From Lepidodermella squamata (taxonomy: Eukaryota > Animalia > Gastrotricha): a DNA stretch of 64,000 bases. Within the stretch, counting starts at the first letter, position 1, and each line of letters opens with the position of its first letter. Both the position numbers and the translations under genes were made by a program. The DNA is taken from the NCBI GenBank assembly GCA_047495785.1, contig JBLDXI010000009.1:4712001-4776000 (forward strand). Direction: 5' to 3'. Shown here in pieces: positions 1 through 13,847 of the stretch. A model generated the notes under the pieces. That model had not been told where the DNA came from. It did no database searches and was given only the letters and a program-made list of their open reading frames with translations.

Positions 1-1816
1 TCCTGAACCCGACAAATCGAGCGAAACAGCAAAAGAGAGGCAGAATGTTTGAGCGAATTTGTCCTGCCGAAAAAACTGCTCCGCTCTCAACAGAGGCTTC
101 CGCTTTGCCAACAGGAAAGGATCGGGGGATTTGCCGTGACCTTGCCCCTTGCCCTCGGTTACTGGCAGTGTCGTAAACAGAAATCAATGAGGAAATGGTA
201 CCACGACTTTGGCCGTGTCTCAGTTAAGATTCTATTGGTTCTGCTTGATCCAGCTAGGTAGCAGAACCAAAGCCTCTGACTTCGCATAGACCGGACTGAT
301 TTGGGTTGCGCGATTTTAGTCCGGATTCCGGATTATACAAAAATCACTGTAGATTCTCTGTTTTTGTTTAAAAAATTGTGTGCGGAAGCTACTTGCATGA
401 ATAAATTCGAAAAAATATCTCTTCAATTTTTATATCACATGCTTCCATCGCTCTCTGCATTGAAGTGAAGAAAATCGGGGGTGCTTTATTCTTCGGGATT
501 CAAAATTGTTGTTTTTGTAAGTGTAAAATTCCAAGTAATATTATGCCCTGCGAGGCGCAAATCAGTCACGCCTCACCGGTTTTCATGAATAGCAAATGCC
601 GATTTCCGCCATTGTTCGGCTTGTTTGTGCTAGAAGTTGCACTGAGGAAACACAAATTTCTTGTTCGCGATGAAAAATTTTGCGAATTTACGTTGCCGCT
701 CATCTCTTGAGGAAAATAATTACCATATTGTTAATATTCTCGCGCTCTTTTCACGGTTAAAGCAGCGACAAGCTACTACTATACACGCCTAGTAGTAGTA
801 ATAATAGACGCTGCGAATATATGAACCTCTTAATATATCGAATATCAAAGCGCTGTACTATACGAGTATTTCGCATGTTATATCTATGTAGGCACTCTGC
901 GTCGCATCTTTCTTCGCCGGAATCGCTATGGTCGATAATAATAAAGATGATGACACCCTTTGAAAAATGAAGAGGGGCGATAATGAGGACGATCGAAAAC
1001 AAATCTCTCAGCATTATAACATCATCATGTATGAGGCAAAAGCGCAACTACAACAGCGCTTGGGAATTCGCAGCAAAAAACGACCCATTCTCTTGTTCAT
1101 TCGAAATAGTGAGTACTCATAATATGATTAGTAGTAAAATTCTGTTGATAACTTTTTTCAATGAAACATTTGCTAATTTATTAGCCAGGATTAATAAATT
1201 ATGGAATTTATACTTTCCCCAATATTCATAGTGCATTTTCGTAAATTCAGACATTTATCAATAAATTTATTGTATCAATTTGTTTAGATTTTTTATAATA
1301 TTCTAAACTGTTGCCATAAATCAGCTCCAAATTATTTACTTAAATTTTCAAATATTCCTTTTAATATCGTAGCTCAGAGATGCCAGGAAATTTCCCGCTA
1401 AACACAGGATCTAGGATCCCAGACGATTGCCTTATTTTCCAAACATTTATGAAAGGTCTCAGCTGCTGTCTGTTTTTCTTGAACTTTACTTCTTCTTTGG
1501 TAGCAATCCACTGATGTACTTTCCCATCAATGAAACTCAAGTTTTCTATTCAAGTTTCATTTTCAAAGAAATATTAGCATATTTAAGCAACATCCGTCTT
1601 TCGATGGACAAGGGATTTAAACTGGTCCCTCGACTCGGCAATTATTTATGCCGAATTCTAATGATTTAGTTCTTATTTTCAAGATTTTTAGAGTGCGATT
1701 TTACACTATACTGTGCTCAATCGCCTAACAGCCCAAAACTAGGTCATAGGTCTGGTGACTTTGTTTGTTATTATTCTCGCTGTTCGTCTTTGAAATCGTG
1801 CCTCACCTGTCGGAAG

Positions 1817-4800
1817 ATGTTCGCCTCAGGGGGCACGCCGTCAGCGGCTCTGTTGCGCGGCCGCCGGCGCCAGTCAGTCATGGTCGCATCGCGGCGCTTT
1901 ATCCTGCGGCCGAGCGAGAAGCGGCGGCGCAAGTACCAGCAGTGGCAGGACGTCGATAAAATGTACGACGAGGCGAAACGCGAACAGGCGGCAAGCAGCC
2001 GCCGAGCTGCAGCTTCCAGCGATCATGAACAGGTATGACCATTGTTTTGCATACTTACATTGTTTTTCCTCAGTATAATGCCCCAATTTCGGACAACCTA
2101 ACCTTCAATTTTTCACCAACGTAGAACAGCTCGCTTTTTTAGGGGATTTACTAAGATAACTAGAATTTTAGTTAGAACTTTGAACTTTCTCAATCTGAAA
2201 ACGAAATTCCAGTCGGAATCTAAGGTTTTAGATATGAGTGGAATCGATTCGCCGGGCAAATTATTAACCAATCAACCCAGACTAGCAGATCAATCCCGTT
2301 ATTCTTGCGATCCCAAAAATCGTTAGAAAATTTCAGTGTTATTTCGTTATGCGATTTTTATTTTTCCGACTATTTCAAGAAATGCCCAAAATTAGTCCAA
2401 CGTAAGAAACATTAAAACATTAACGCAAGAATCGAAAATCGATCAAAATTCTTTATGCGGCAGATTCAAATTTCGATCAAATCATTGATCAAGGTTTGAT
2501 CAAATTTGGTAAAATTTCGAATTGTTTCTTCGAAGCTTCAAGTTTTGGATATTTTTACCTTTTTCACCTCTTTCTTGTAATTTAGGGTCAAACTTCGCGA
2601 ACTACGGACGAAGACGATAGTGAATTTGTTACTGATGAGGAGCCGATTTTCGAAATTCCAATCAGCTGCCGGCGCCAGGTAGCCCTGATAATTACCGATA
2701 AAGATGCCACAGAAAGCGACGAAGAGCAGTTGTCGATGAGCAACGACGAGGAAATTCCGCAAACCACGCTGTACAACACAAATAGCCTGAGCGACATCAC
2801 CCAGGACGACGATCAGTTGATGACACTGATGGATCAACCTGCTAAGTCGAGGCGAGATTCGTCACTGCGATTTCACCGCCTCGGCGAGGCGAGTGACGCG
2901 AAAAAGGCCGAGTATTTTGCCGGTAGGGTGTCGCAACCCGGCGATGACGATTGCCGCTCGCCGAATTTGTTCCACGCTAATAGACCATGCGGCCATCATC
3001 AGGCGAAATCGATCAGTAGTCACCAGCAGGCCGATATGGCGGCACTTATCCCGCACTCGGCGAGTTGTACTAGTTTCGAGCTGGCGCCGCTCGGCTCCAC
3101 TTCAATGGCGGCGCGTGGCTGTTGCGGAACGGCGGGGCGCAATATCACTAATAAAGCGGCGATCATTAAGCCGGCGCATCGACCCAGAGCTGCGTCGACT
3201 TCGCGCGTCAGTTTCGCCGCTGAGCCAGGTTTGATCCGCCCCCGTCGCCATTCATTCAAACCCAAATTTTCCCATCATATTATTTTAAACTCATTTGATC
3301 ATCTCACAAGGCTGATTGCTGAAATCAGACAATATTTTTCTAAAAATAAATATCAGCTTTCAGCTTTGTTAAATTTTCTTCATGGATAACAAGCAATTTT
3401 ACATTGGTGCGAAGACAGGTATTTTGTCGTGTATTCAAAAGACTTTACCTACTTGTTAAACCTTATGTACTCTTTTTAATTTGTCTCAAATTTTCAAAAT
3501 TTACGGGTTTATCGAAGTTTTCAAATTGTGCTGTTGGGATCTCCTCGCACTCAAATATATCTCGAAAATCTGGGTGAAATTCTTATATGATTTTGTGCTG
3601 CTTTTTTATTATTATCCGAAAATAAAATGGGATACACGATCGAAAAAAACATGAAAATGCCATCAATTAACGATTTGTCTCTGGACAAATCTAAAGCTTG
3701 TAAGCTTTATAAGAATATCGTATTTCGATTTATTCACTTGGTCTGCAGGGAATTTAGCCATTTAGTGCTAGTGTATCGTTTTACAGACGCGGTGGAATTA
3801 CATCTATATCATTTGGCACTTGAAACTATTCTTTTGAATTTTCGCTCAATATTTCACTAATTTTCCGTAAAAAATGATAAATTTTTTCTCCTTCGCCACA
3901 GAAATACTGTCTCATAGCGAGACAATGGACGACGGCCTAGCCTTTGCTGCGGCAAGTGGGCAAGATATGTCGCCGTCAAAAGAGCAAATCAACCCGCCTC
4001 CAAAACGAACAATGTCCCCAATTCGATCGCTAAACACAGCTATGACAAGCATCAGCGAAAGCATGAATAAATCGAAACAGCGATTTCTGTTCGAAAAATT
4101 GAGTTCAAGCCACGATGAAATGATCGAGCTGACCCCATTGCCTGGTTCAAAGTCGCTCGATGCCTCGGCGCTGACTGATGTTCCGATTAATGAGGCTCTA
4201 ATTAATAAAGACCTGAGCCGGTCGCCGATTATGAGGACCCAGTCCGAGGTGTTGCCAACTATAGAACCAGGGAGGCGGTTCAGTTTTCGAAGGCCAACCA
4301 GCACTACATCGTCGGGCAATGTTCCGGCTAATATTTTGGCCGGGCTGAGGCGACTTCGGCCTATTGTCATGCGAACAGTCCCGTCGGAACGAGAACAGGT
4401 AGGTAATTCATTAGGGACATTTTCCCTTTTTAAGGAGGTTTTGTAGTTCCCTAAAAATAATACCTAACCTTTAATTTTTTTTTAATTTTTGCAATCGTTA
4501 TTATAATTGTTGGGAAACTGGACGATATAGGCAATCCCATTATCGCTAAACGAAAATAAATTTTGCCGCTTTTTATTTACTTACTACTACTATAAGTTGT
4601 TATAACTCTAAACATTAGTGTGGCATTTATAATCTTTCATTTCTAATTATGAAAAATACTATCACGATTAGCGCAAATTAATCGATAATATTTTTCAATC
4701 ACGCACCTTTAATCATTAGCGAATTCTAAATGTATCCACAGATTTGCATCGCCAAATCCCTTCTCACGTCTCATGAGCTCACAGTTCTACTATCGCTTCA

Positions 4801-7800
4801 GCTCATAATTGCCAAAAATTATTCAATAAATGTGTTATGTATATTTTTACAGGCGGGCTACTCAAATTTTGACATGGACAGCTTGAGCGATGAAGTTTGC
4901 AATTTAACACTCGCTTTTTCTAAAAATATTTTTGCGATTTTAGTAAGCAATTTTCAGTTCAGAAATGCTTTTATCGTGCTTATTGCAATCGCGCTTATCT
5001 GGCTTTAAGGCTAGCAGCTATAAATCACACGCGTGTTCCATTTGTCACGCTTGGCCTATTTTTCCGCGCAAAAATTATCGCGCTTATGCATCCACCCCAA
5101 TAATTGCTATGCAAATAGCTCACCAATAACGGGCGATTATTACCTCCGATTTGCGCACAAAGGAAAGGGGCATAATTTTCATTTCGCTGTGAGCAAAAAA
5201 AAATTACCTGAGCGAGAAAATTAGCCGGTAGCCATAGAAAAAAATGTTTCTTATCCCGCGCAATAGCTCTTCACTATCCGCAACCATTAAAGACGTACGT
5301 TAACAATTTTTATTTTTTTCTAGCCAAGTATAGAAATATTCGGCCTGCGGTGCGCGATAAATAAAAAAAATCAGGATGAATTTATTACTGGAGGCTGTTT
5401 TTTTCGTGAAATAAACATTAACCCGATCATTATAGCCGCAGTTTTGTTTTCTTACTGATTGGAATGAATTTTTTTCTTTTGATTAATTTTTGAGCTGTAA
5501 AAAATCGATGGTCACTTCTATAGTGCAAAATTAGCCACTCAACTGACAGATTTTTATTGCTAGCTTCTCGTGATAAGCTGATGCATCGCTCATCTTTGAT
5601 GCCACGCGCAGTCAAGCATAGCGTACTTGCTACTATATTGCTGCTTTTTATGATAAATCACGCGTTCATACTTGTTGCGAAAAATCAGCCATATTCTTTA
5701 GAAGTATAAAGCGGCTAATAACTCGGCTTGATTTCTCGCCGCCTGAATTCGTGAATGGCTGGGCTGATAAGGCGGCTAAGCCAGAGGCACATATCCACGA
5801 GGCGTGATCCGACACGGCCGAATGCCAGGGTCGAAAAATCCCAGTTCGAATTGAGGCAAGATGTTCGTCTGAAAACCAATTTTTCGTATTTTTTTCCGAG
5901 AAAGTGAATGTTGTCTTCATTTGTGCTGTGTTTTTAATTTCATAATATTTTAAAATTACAGTCTTAGAATTATTGAATAAAAATTAAGGCGTAAGGAAAA
6001 TTCATGTTAGCCTCAATCTAAGCGCAGAAAATCCTTTTCCTCACATTTTATACCGAGAATTTCAATAAAATTTTAAATTCTACAACCCAATTCTACAAAT
6101 TTCCAATTAGATATTAGATGCAACGGCTCTTAGAAATATTAGAAATTATTCGAGAATCTTTCAAATTCTTTCAATTCCCCTTCCCCTTCCTATTCTTGCA
6201 TGCCGAATTGTTGTCGAAAATATTCTGGGCTTGTTTAGGTCTTTTGAATTGTTACTGGAAAATTCAAAAGTTCAAAATGATTCTTTAGGAATTTTTCAGA
6301 ATTTTGCCAATTTCACGATGAAGTGAATTTCATTTACCTACTGAATATCCATGTTTTACCATTTTTGCGATAATTCTATAAAAATGTTTTTTTGCTATTC
6401 ATAATTCTCTTATTTTAGCTTTGCTATTGATTAATTGTTGTTGCCAACGAAAAGTTATTTTTGTCATTGGTATTTATCAATTTTTTCTAATTTTCCTGTT
6501 TAAATATATTTTCAGCAATCAGCCGAACACAAATGCCCACCCGGTCAGTGCCGTTTCGTTCGCATCAACGTAGCGGGTCTACTATTCGAAATCTGCGCAT
6601 CCTACCTCGACCGCCATCCTAAAACCCTGCTCGGCGATAAGGCCCTAATGGCTCGGTACTGGGAACCCCGCCGTAAGGAGTACTTCTTCGACCGCCATCG
6701 GCCGTCATTCGAAGGAATTTTCGCCTTCCTGAAGTACGGCGACCTACCCCGCAAACCAGACGGCGTCCCGGATGACGTATTTCTCGACGAACTCTACTTT
6801 TTTCGAATCGAGGATGATATAATCGATCAATGGAAATCATCGAGGGGAATACCGATTTTCGAGCCGCAAAAGTATATTCTGAAAAAAGAAGACCACTTCT
6901 TCCGGCGACTGTGGTACATGTTCGAATTCCCGGCTCACTCACGCATGTCCTATGCCCTCAATATTATATCAGTTATCGCTGCCGTAGTCGCAGTTTGCTG
7001 CCTCATTTTCGAATCTATGCCCAGCGTATCGACATCACATTGCCTCGAGGGGAATCTTCCGAATTTCAACGATAAATTCTTCATTATCGAAACTACATGT
7101 ACCGCCTGGTTTACCCTGGAACTACTGGTTAGGACTATAGGGGCTCCTTCTTGGCGAGATTTGATCAATTACCAGACCGCAATTGATGTATTTGCAAATA
7201 CGCCTTATTTCCTCATTTTGGCCTCGGTCCTAATTACCATGGACTGCTCCGGGGCGAAGTCGAGTGCTTCTACGGGATTTCTCCGAATTTTTCGGCTATT
7301 TTCCGTATTTAAATTGTCAGATCGAAGCGGCGCTTTCGCGTTGATAGCGAATACGTTTAAAGCTTCGACTCGCGTGTTGACACTGTTCTTCCTAGCCCTT
7401 GCGGTTTGTGTTGTGCTGTTCGGCAGTTTTATTTACATTATCGAAGCCGAGTCTGAGGCGCCGCAGTCCGAGTTTCAAAGCATTGCCGATGGATTCTGGT
7501 GGGCTGTTATTACTATGACAACGGTGAGTATAATTATTTTACTTCTGCTGGGTAATTTCGTGGGTTTTCCTTCTTTTGACCGATTTGATCACCTCAATTT
7601 TTGATCACCTGTATCTCGAACTGATCGCATTTTGATGCAAGAATGATACCAAACTGACCAAAATATGGCGATTTTTCAACTTTGGATCATTATCAGATCA
7701 AGTTATATCGAGCCCCCCTTAAATTGATCTAGTGGTTTCGACGAGTTAGCTGCAGTAAATCCTACATTCCAGAATTCGATTGAGATCAAATTGGGATCAA

Positions 7801-8418
7801 AACATTGATTATCTTAATTATAACCGATGTGCATTATTTTAGCATTAGATCTGAATTAGATCTTACTCAAAAAATGATCCGAATAATCTTCGATTTTTCA
7901 ACCTATTTTCGATTTTCAAGTAATTCTAATTTCGATCGTAAAATATATTGATCATAAAATATAGAATTGTCCCCAGAAATATAGGTCGAGTAGCTTTGAC
8001 AATTCGATATTTCTAACATTCGTAAATCGTTCATATCTGAACTCGCCGCACTCGATTTACTCGTCGCAACTCGCCTCCGGCTCGTTCCGACTCGTAAATC
8101 TCGGGCGGCTCCGTACAGATATAAACGTTTTACTCATGTCATACCATACAAATATAAATTTCCAACAAGATAAATCGGCATCCCTATCCCTGAATCATTA
8201 TTTTCAGTCTGATTTCCTACAAGTAATAAATAATATTTAATTTTTTACAGGTCGGCTACGGTGATTTGATCCCGCGGACGATCGCTGGTAAAATTGTCGG
8301 CAGTTGCTGCGCCATCGTCGGTGTCATCACGCTGTCGATGCCTATTCCTATCCTGACGGAAAACTTCAACAAATTTTACAAGCAGATGAAAAAACGCAAA
8401 TCTATGATCAACTCATAA
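1817..8418 (+). CDS. Shaker (Kv1)-family voltage-gated K+ channel subunit, divergent, ~843 aa; exons 1817-2032, 2586-3228, 3902-4398, 6516-7523, 8251-8418
   Basis: Shaker-type T1 domain (INVAGLLFE..HPKTLLGD..EYFFDRHRPSFEGI), S1-S6, pore helix FWWAVITMTT|VGYGD split by an intron, S6 MPIPIL. All introns are GT-AG with compatible phases (0,1,0,0). The ATG at 1817 and the three N-terminal exons are less certain than the core. Confidence 0.88.
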
Positions 8419-8480
8419 TTATTCTTGCCACGCGAAACTACTGCCCTTGAGTAACTTTGCATCGTTCCATTATTTTGTAC

Positions 8481-8974
8481 GAAGTGCGCTTTCATACATA
8501 TTTATGTATGAAATTTTTCCCTTTCATACATATTTATGTATGACAAAATTAACTTTCATACATATTTTTTTTCATAAAATCGTGTTTTTTAGCCAAGCAG
8601 TGATTAGGAATTGGGGTTGGGGGTTAGAGTTAGGTGCCAGGGTTCGGGTTAGGGTTAGGGTTAGGTTTAGGGTTTGGTTAAGTCGCACGGTTAAGGTTTA
8701 GGGTTAGGGTAGTTCGAGTTTCGGGTTTCTACAAAGTTCGATTTTTTGGCCCTTGCGCTTCCCCAATAACCATTTTCATGCGGAAAAAATTGACTACGCT
8801 TTCGGAACCCCGTTTTTCTTTCACATAAACAGAAATCTAGTCATCTGGCATTTCCCTAATGTTTTCAGCTCGAATTTAATGAAAATAAATATGTATGAAA
8901 GTTAATTTTGTCATACATAAATATGTATGAAAGGGAAAAATTTCATACATATTTATGTATGAAAGTTGGCACCC
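8481..8974. mobile_element. Non-autonomous TIR element (Mutator-like MITE) with internal TTAGGG-type repeats
   Basis: ~90-bp imperfect TIRs built from TTCATACATATTTATGTATGAA units; perfect 10-bp direct repeat TATTTTGTAC at 8471-8480 and 8975-8984; GGGTTA repeats at ~8620-8710. Confidence 0.85.
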
Positions 8975-9214
8975 TATTTTGTACTTGAAAAATGTTGGAA
9001 AAAACAAAACAAAATGAATAATAAATATAAAATTCGAAGATGAATAAAAGCGAATTTTCAAAAATAATCGATTGTTTATTTTTTCTGCTAATACTCGGGC
9101 TTCAATCGGGATTTTACCAGGTCTGTTATACATCGATATGGAAAAATAGGTCACAGAAAAAATCACAAAAAATACAGGATTTTGTTATCGCTAAATTTCT
9201 ATAAGACTAAGCGT

Positions 9215-11546
9215 TCAGAGAAGTAGTTGGTCGAAAATTAAGGATCCAGCTAGGCCCAAACCGATTCCGAGTACCATGAAGATAACCGCGAACATGGCGG
9301 CTTTCGCGCCGAATTTCACGACATTAGTCACAGCGAGGCTCGAAATGTAGCCATGAGACAGCGATAGCATGATCATTATAGGCCAGTAGAACCAGCCGGA
9401 TTGAAGTGGGGCGCCGTCGAATCGGTGGGTTCGGTCGGGTTTTGAGTAGTTGAGCAGAGCAAAGTAAGGGATGAATAGCAGTCGCGTGTATGTGCAAACC
9501 CAGAGTAAGTGTGCGCCAGGTAGGCGCCAGAAATTGGCGGCCAAGTTACCGATAACGGCGCAGACGTTGAACGTCAAAAAGCAGAACAGTTGCGTACCCA
9601 GCGGCGAGCCTATTAATTTGAAGTAATTTAACAGGATTATTGGATATAACGATCTAAGAAAATGATGGTTGACAATCGAAGTAACCAATGAAACTCACCG
9701 GCATTCAAGAACTCATGAACGTCGATCCACATCGCAACGTTAGGGTAAATGAAGTAAGTCACAAAATAGACGAGAAAAACGTCCAGAAAGTTAATCCATC
9801 GCTAGAAATAAGAAAAAATAAAAATTATTGACATTGAAAAATTCTAAGGTCGATGCCGATGTCGGTCTCTCACCTTTCTCCACAGCTCAAGGCCGTTGAT
9901 TTCAGACCTCCGAATCTCGTCGATCTCCTGCAGGTGAACATAGAACCGGAAAAATCCCTTCAACGCCATCGCGAAATAGGACCCGAAAGCCGTCAATAAC
10001 AGCACGGTTCCCATAAGGAAAAACATGACCATTGCGACTTTGACATCAGCCGAAGTTGAATGGAGAGTTATTAGGAATAGGGTGACCAGAACTCCGCCGA
10101 TATTTGTACCCATTAACGCAGCGTTGACGTGAATTGACGGCAGTTGGGCTAACATGGCCCACATGCAGCTGTGGTAGAAGCCAAGGGCGCCGTTGAGGAT
10201 GACGAACAGAAAGATCATGAGGTACATTAGCGAGTTGAACGACTCGGTTGTGTCGCTTATCGTTGCGAAGATGTTGATGAGGTAGCACCCGATAATGACC
10301 AGAAGTGAAATAGCCGAACGAGTTCCAAGGTTTCCCCTAAAATCATCAAAATTAGTAGGCAATTTAAATTCCTGATTTGAGTCCCAGAAAATGCTATAAG
10401 GCGGGAAAAAATTCAAAAACATTAAAATTTGAGGAAACAAAAAAAGAAAAAATTTAATAACGAATTGAAAATTCTTAAAAATAATAAATTCGCTCAATTA
10501 ATTTGAATGTCATAGTAAAAAAAACCGTAATTGATATTTTCGATCAATTAAATTTATCCACAATTTTCAATTTGCGGATTTCCCGTGAAATGACTCACTT
10601 TCCAAGTTTGACGAAAAAGTTTCCAGAGGCCACCAGGAGAAAGATGATAAGTGACGCGGCTGTCATCCTTACTAGGAAATGGCCACGCCACAGTTTCAGT
10701 TCGTGCTCGGGCGTGACGTGGTCATCGACGTAGTCGAAGCTCATTTTGTGGTTCAAAAAGTAACAATCGTAGACGCCGGCAAACATTTGCCACGGCGCGA
10801 ACAACGCCACACCTTGCAACATGCAGATCCAGTGAACCACGAACCATCTGAAAATTCGGAAAAAACATAAAAAATTAAATTCCTATCCTTGAGAAGGAAA
10901 GAATCCTTCGAAAATAACGGTTCCAGCATTAGGAAAATATTGGGAAAATGAAGTGAGAAAATTTTCCTCACCTGTCATCTGGTGTCGCTGGTTGAATAGG
11001 TGAAGGCGGGCGTTCATGCTCGTTGCGCAAGCGCGGCGATAAAACCGGCGACCGGGTGAGGCTCCTCAGGCAATCAGGGCCCGGCGAGCTACTGGGCTCA
11101 GAGCGCGGCATGCGCGAAACAGGTCGCCGCCTTCTTTTCTTGCGGTTTGGCCGGGGCTTCGATGTCGACCCGTGCAGACTGGGTGATGATCCACCCGCTA
11201 CGCTTTGCTGATCACGCAAACTAGAGTGCGACGAGCCGAACGAGCGCTCCGAGTGTTGCAACCGCGGCGAGTAGGTAACAAACGGCGAGAAGGCTGAACC
11301 GTACGGCGGCGCTGCTGCCCCGGACAAATGATGCTGTTGGTGTATCATTATCCGCGGCGTAAGAAGCGGCGAGGCGACTAACGATACCGGGTAATGAGCC
11401 GAACTGCCGGAAGGAGTTAACTGCCGGTTTCGGGGGCTGCTCACTGCCGATCTTGGCGAACCCGTGCTGCCAGGCCCGGTTACGAACGGCAGGAAGCCGG
11501 CGCCCGCCTGTGGGTAACGGCGTGGCGAGTCTATTTTTAGTATTCT
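9215..11546 (-). CDS. Equilibrative nucleoside transporter (SLC29/ENT family), divergent, multi-exon; start codon in an unresolved upstream exon
   Basis: Spliced DDR|WFVVHWICMLQGVALFAPWQMF matches the ENT TM1 motif (DRY..LGxGxLLPWNFF). Also GTNIGG in TM5, FNVCAVIG, RLLFIPYF, SLSHGY and a terminal hydrophobic helix. Long Ser/Pro/Arg-rich N-terminus; acceptor TTTTAG just 5' of 11546 on the minus strand. Confidence 0.85.
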
Positions 11547-13847
11547 CTAAAAACCTGTGTTGGATAAACGAAGCGCTCAGATGGCAAAAAAACCTGCGGA
11601 TTCGAAACTAATATTTCTTCGAAAGATCTAAATTGGATCAAATTCTGACAACAATCGGATTAAAATTTGATCAAATTTTGAGTCCCGATCTCAACTTGAT
11701 CTAAAGAATTTAAAAGATCATAAACTTTGCAGCAAAAATTTGATCTTAGCTAGGATCAAATTATGATCAAACAATATTTCAGAAAATAGCCATGATTTTC
11801 GGAAAATCGTATCGAATTCCCATTAATAGCTGTTTTTAAAGTAAAGCAAACCGCATGTTTTTTTACCAATATTGCAAAGAGGAATATCTGATATACTTTT
11901 ACCAGGTGTATTATTCCCACCTACCGGTATGTTCCTGTATTATATAGTTAACACGCAGCTTCCTTCATGATCTTCTGTTGATCGGCGCAGCAACTGCAAT
12001 TTATCGGCAATCATCTCTTGTTGTTTTTACACGGATCGCCGCGCGCGTGTATGTGTGAGTTACTGTTGGAATGATTATCAGGTGGGCGGAAAAAAGCGAC
12101 TGGTACAGCCTTGTGATTCGGCTTTTCATGCGAACACACCGGTAGCTTTTAGCGTTCGCTGCTGGACAATACGGGCTTTCTTAATCTTCGTACAGCTGAT
12201 AGCTGATTGCTGATTATCCAATATTCAAAACATCGACGGAATCAAAACTGGATCAACTTTACTCGCATCTTGTATTATTATTTTCATATAATTCTTAATG
12301 TTTTATTTTTAAGAAATTCTGAATCTTCTTCGCCGCCCGAATTCAAGGTTAACAGGATTCAAGCGTTCTCTCATAGAGCAGAATTCAATTTTGAAATTCA
12401 AATTCCGAATTGACGAGAATTACTTTATTGAGGGTTACTATTTCATTGCAGTCATTCATTTTTTAAGCCTGGCTAATTATAGGACTGATGGCGCAATTAA
12501 ATCGAATGGATTAGCTTGGATGATTGAAAAAAATCAACCGTCTTCGAAACGGGGAAATAAAAATCAGGAATATTCTTTTGAAAGTCCCCTATTTGTTGTT
12601 TTTCGATTTCTCCATTGTTGGCTGAAAACTGAATTTATACTCGGTAATTGGCTAACTTAACTCATGACTCCGCTTTTGAATTTTATTACATGTATAGCGT
12701 AGAATAGCACTATAAAGTGAGGGGGCTTGTCAAATAACTCCATTTGCCCTTAATAATGTCAATTTTATACGATTACTCACTCACGCCAAAATCACATTCG
12801 TAGTAATCGCCTGAGCGGTTCACACTACCATGTACTCATGGAAATGATGAGAAAAATGCGAATTTTTTTCCGCCCCAACGGTCATTAACCAAATAATAGA
12901 GACACATCATCGCGCACGCGTGACTGTCCGGCCGCAGAGTCTTGACGACTTCGCTAAACCAAATTTATTCGCAAATAAAAAATGTAGCTTGGTCAACAGT
13001 ATTAGCAGCAGCAGCTCCGTCTTGCCTATATTCCATGATGGAAAAATCGATCTGGCACATTTTTCTCGCGAAAAATTGAAAGTCACGCGATAAGAATTGC
13101 AACCTCCGCCCCGATAAATCTCTGTGGAATAAATTTCACGCTGGCCATCAACAGCTTGGCAACCCTTGAGGAATTACCCGTTATTATTACGTTAAAACCC
13201 GGGAAAAAACGAGGAAAAAAACGTTTGACTGCCAAACTTTTTTAAGTGGCTCGAATTTTCAAACAACCTATTTCCGCGCAATTTATTTTTCTATACCCCG
13301 CCGATTTATTGATCTCAGGTAATTGAATTAGTTGATCGCTTGGGATTGTTAAAAATCGCGCAACCTATTACACTCATCTCATGGTCTCAAGTGGTCAAAC
13401 GCGCGGGTAATGGATAATAAATTTCCGCTGTTTCCCTCTTCATTTTCGCGATATTTCCTAGAATTAATAGTTTATATTGCTCAGGAGAAGCCAATAGCTC
13501 ACAGCGTATAGGATGAAACGCAAATAAAGATCGATTTTTTAATTGTTAGGAATGTTAGCATGGCAAACAAGGTATTGACGTGTAAATAAAACAGCCCCCA
13601 CCCTCTCATCATCTTTTCACTCCATTAATTTTTGCAGAATTTTCCCGATTTTGGCAATTTAAACAAGCTTTACCCACGCGAAGGATCAAATATGCTTTAA
13701 TCATCATTAAATTTTAAAATCATCATACTAAAAAATTAATTTGACGTTTTGACCTCACATTTCGCGCTGGATATTGCAGTACACGAGTTTCAACGGAAAA
13801 ATTCGTTTTTTTAGAATTTTCATCGCTTTTTAAAAGCTACTATCAAA

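Noticed and set aside
967-1108. Possible extra upstream exon (MKRGDNEDD..., donor GTGAGT)
   Set aside because: No homology, and I could not join it in phase to the Kv model with confidence.
8600-8720. True telomere, or an RVRVRV protein (ORF 8447-8701)
   Set aside because: A short degenerate TTAGGG tract inside a TIR/TSD-bounded element; the ORF is a translation artefact.
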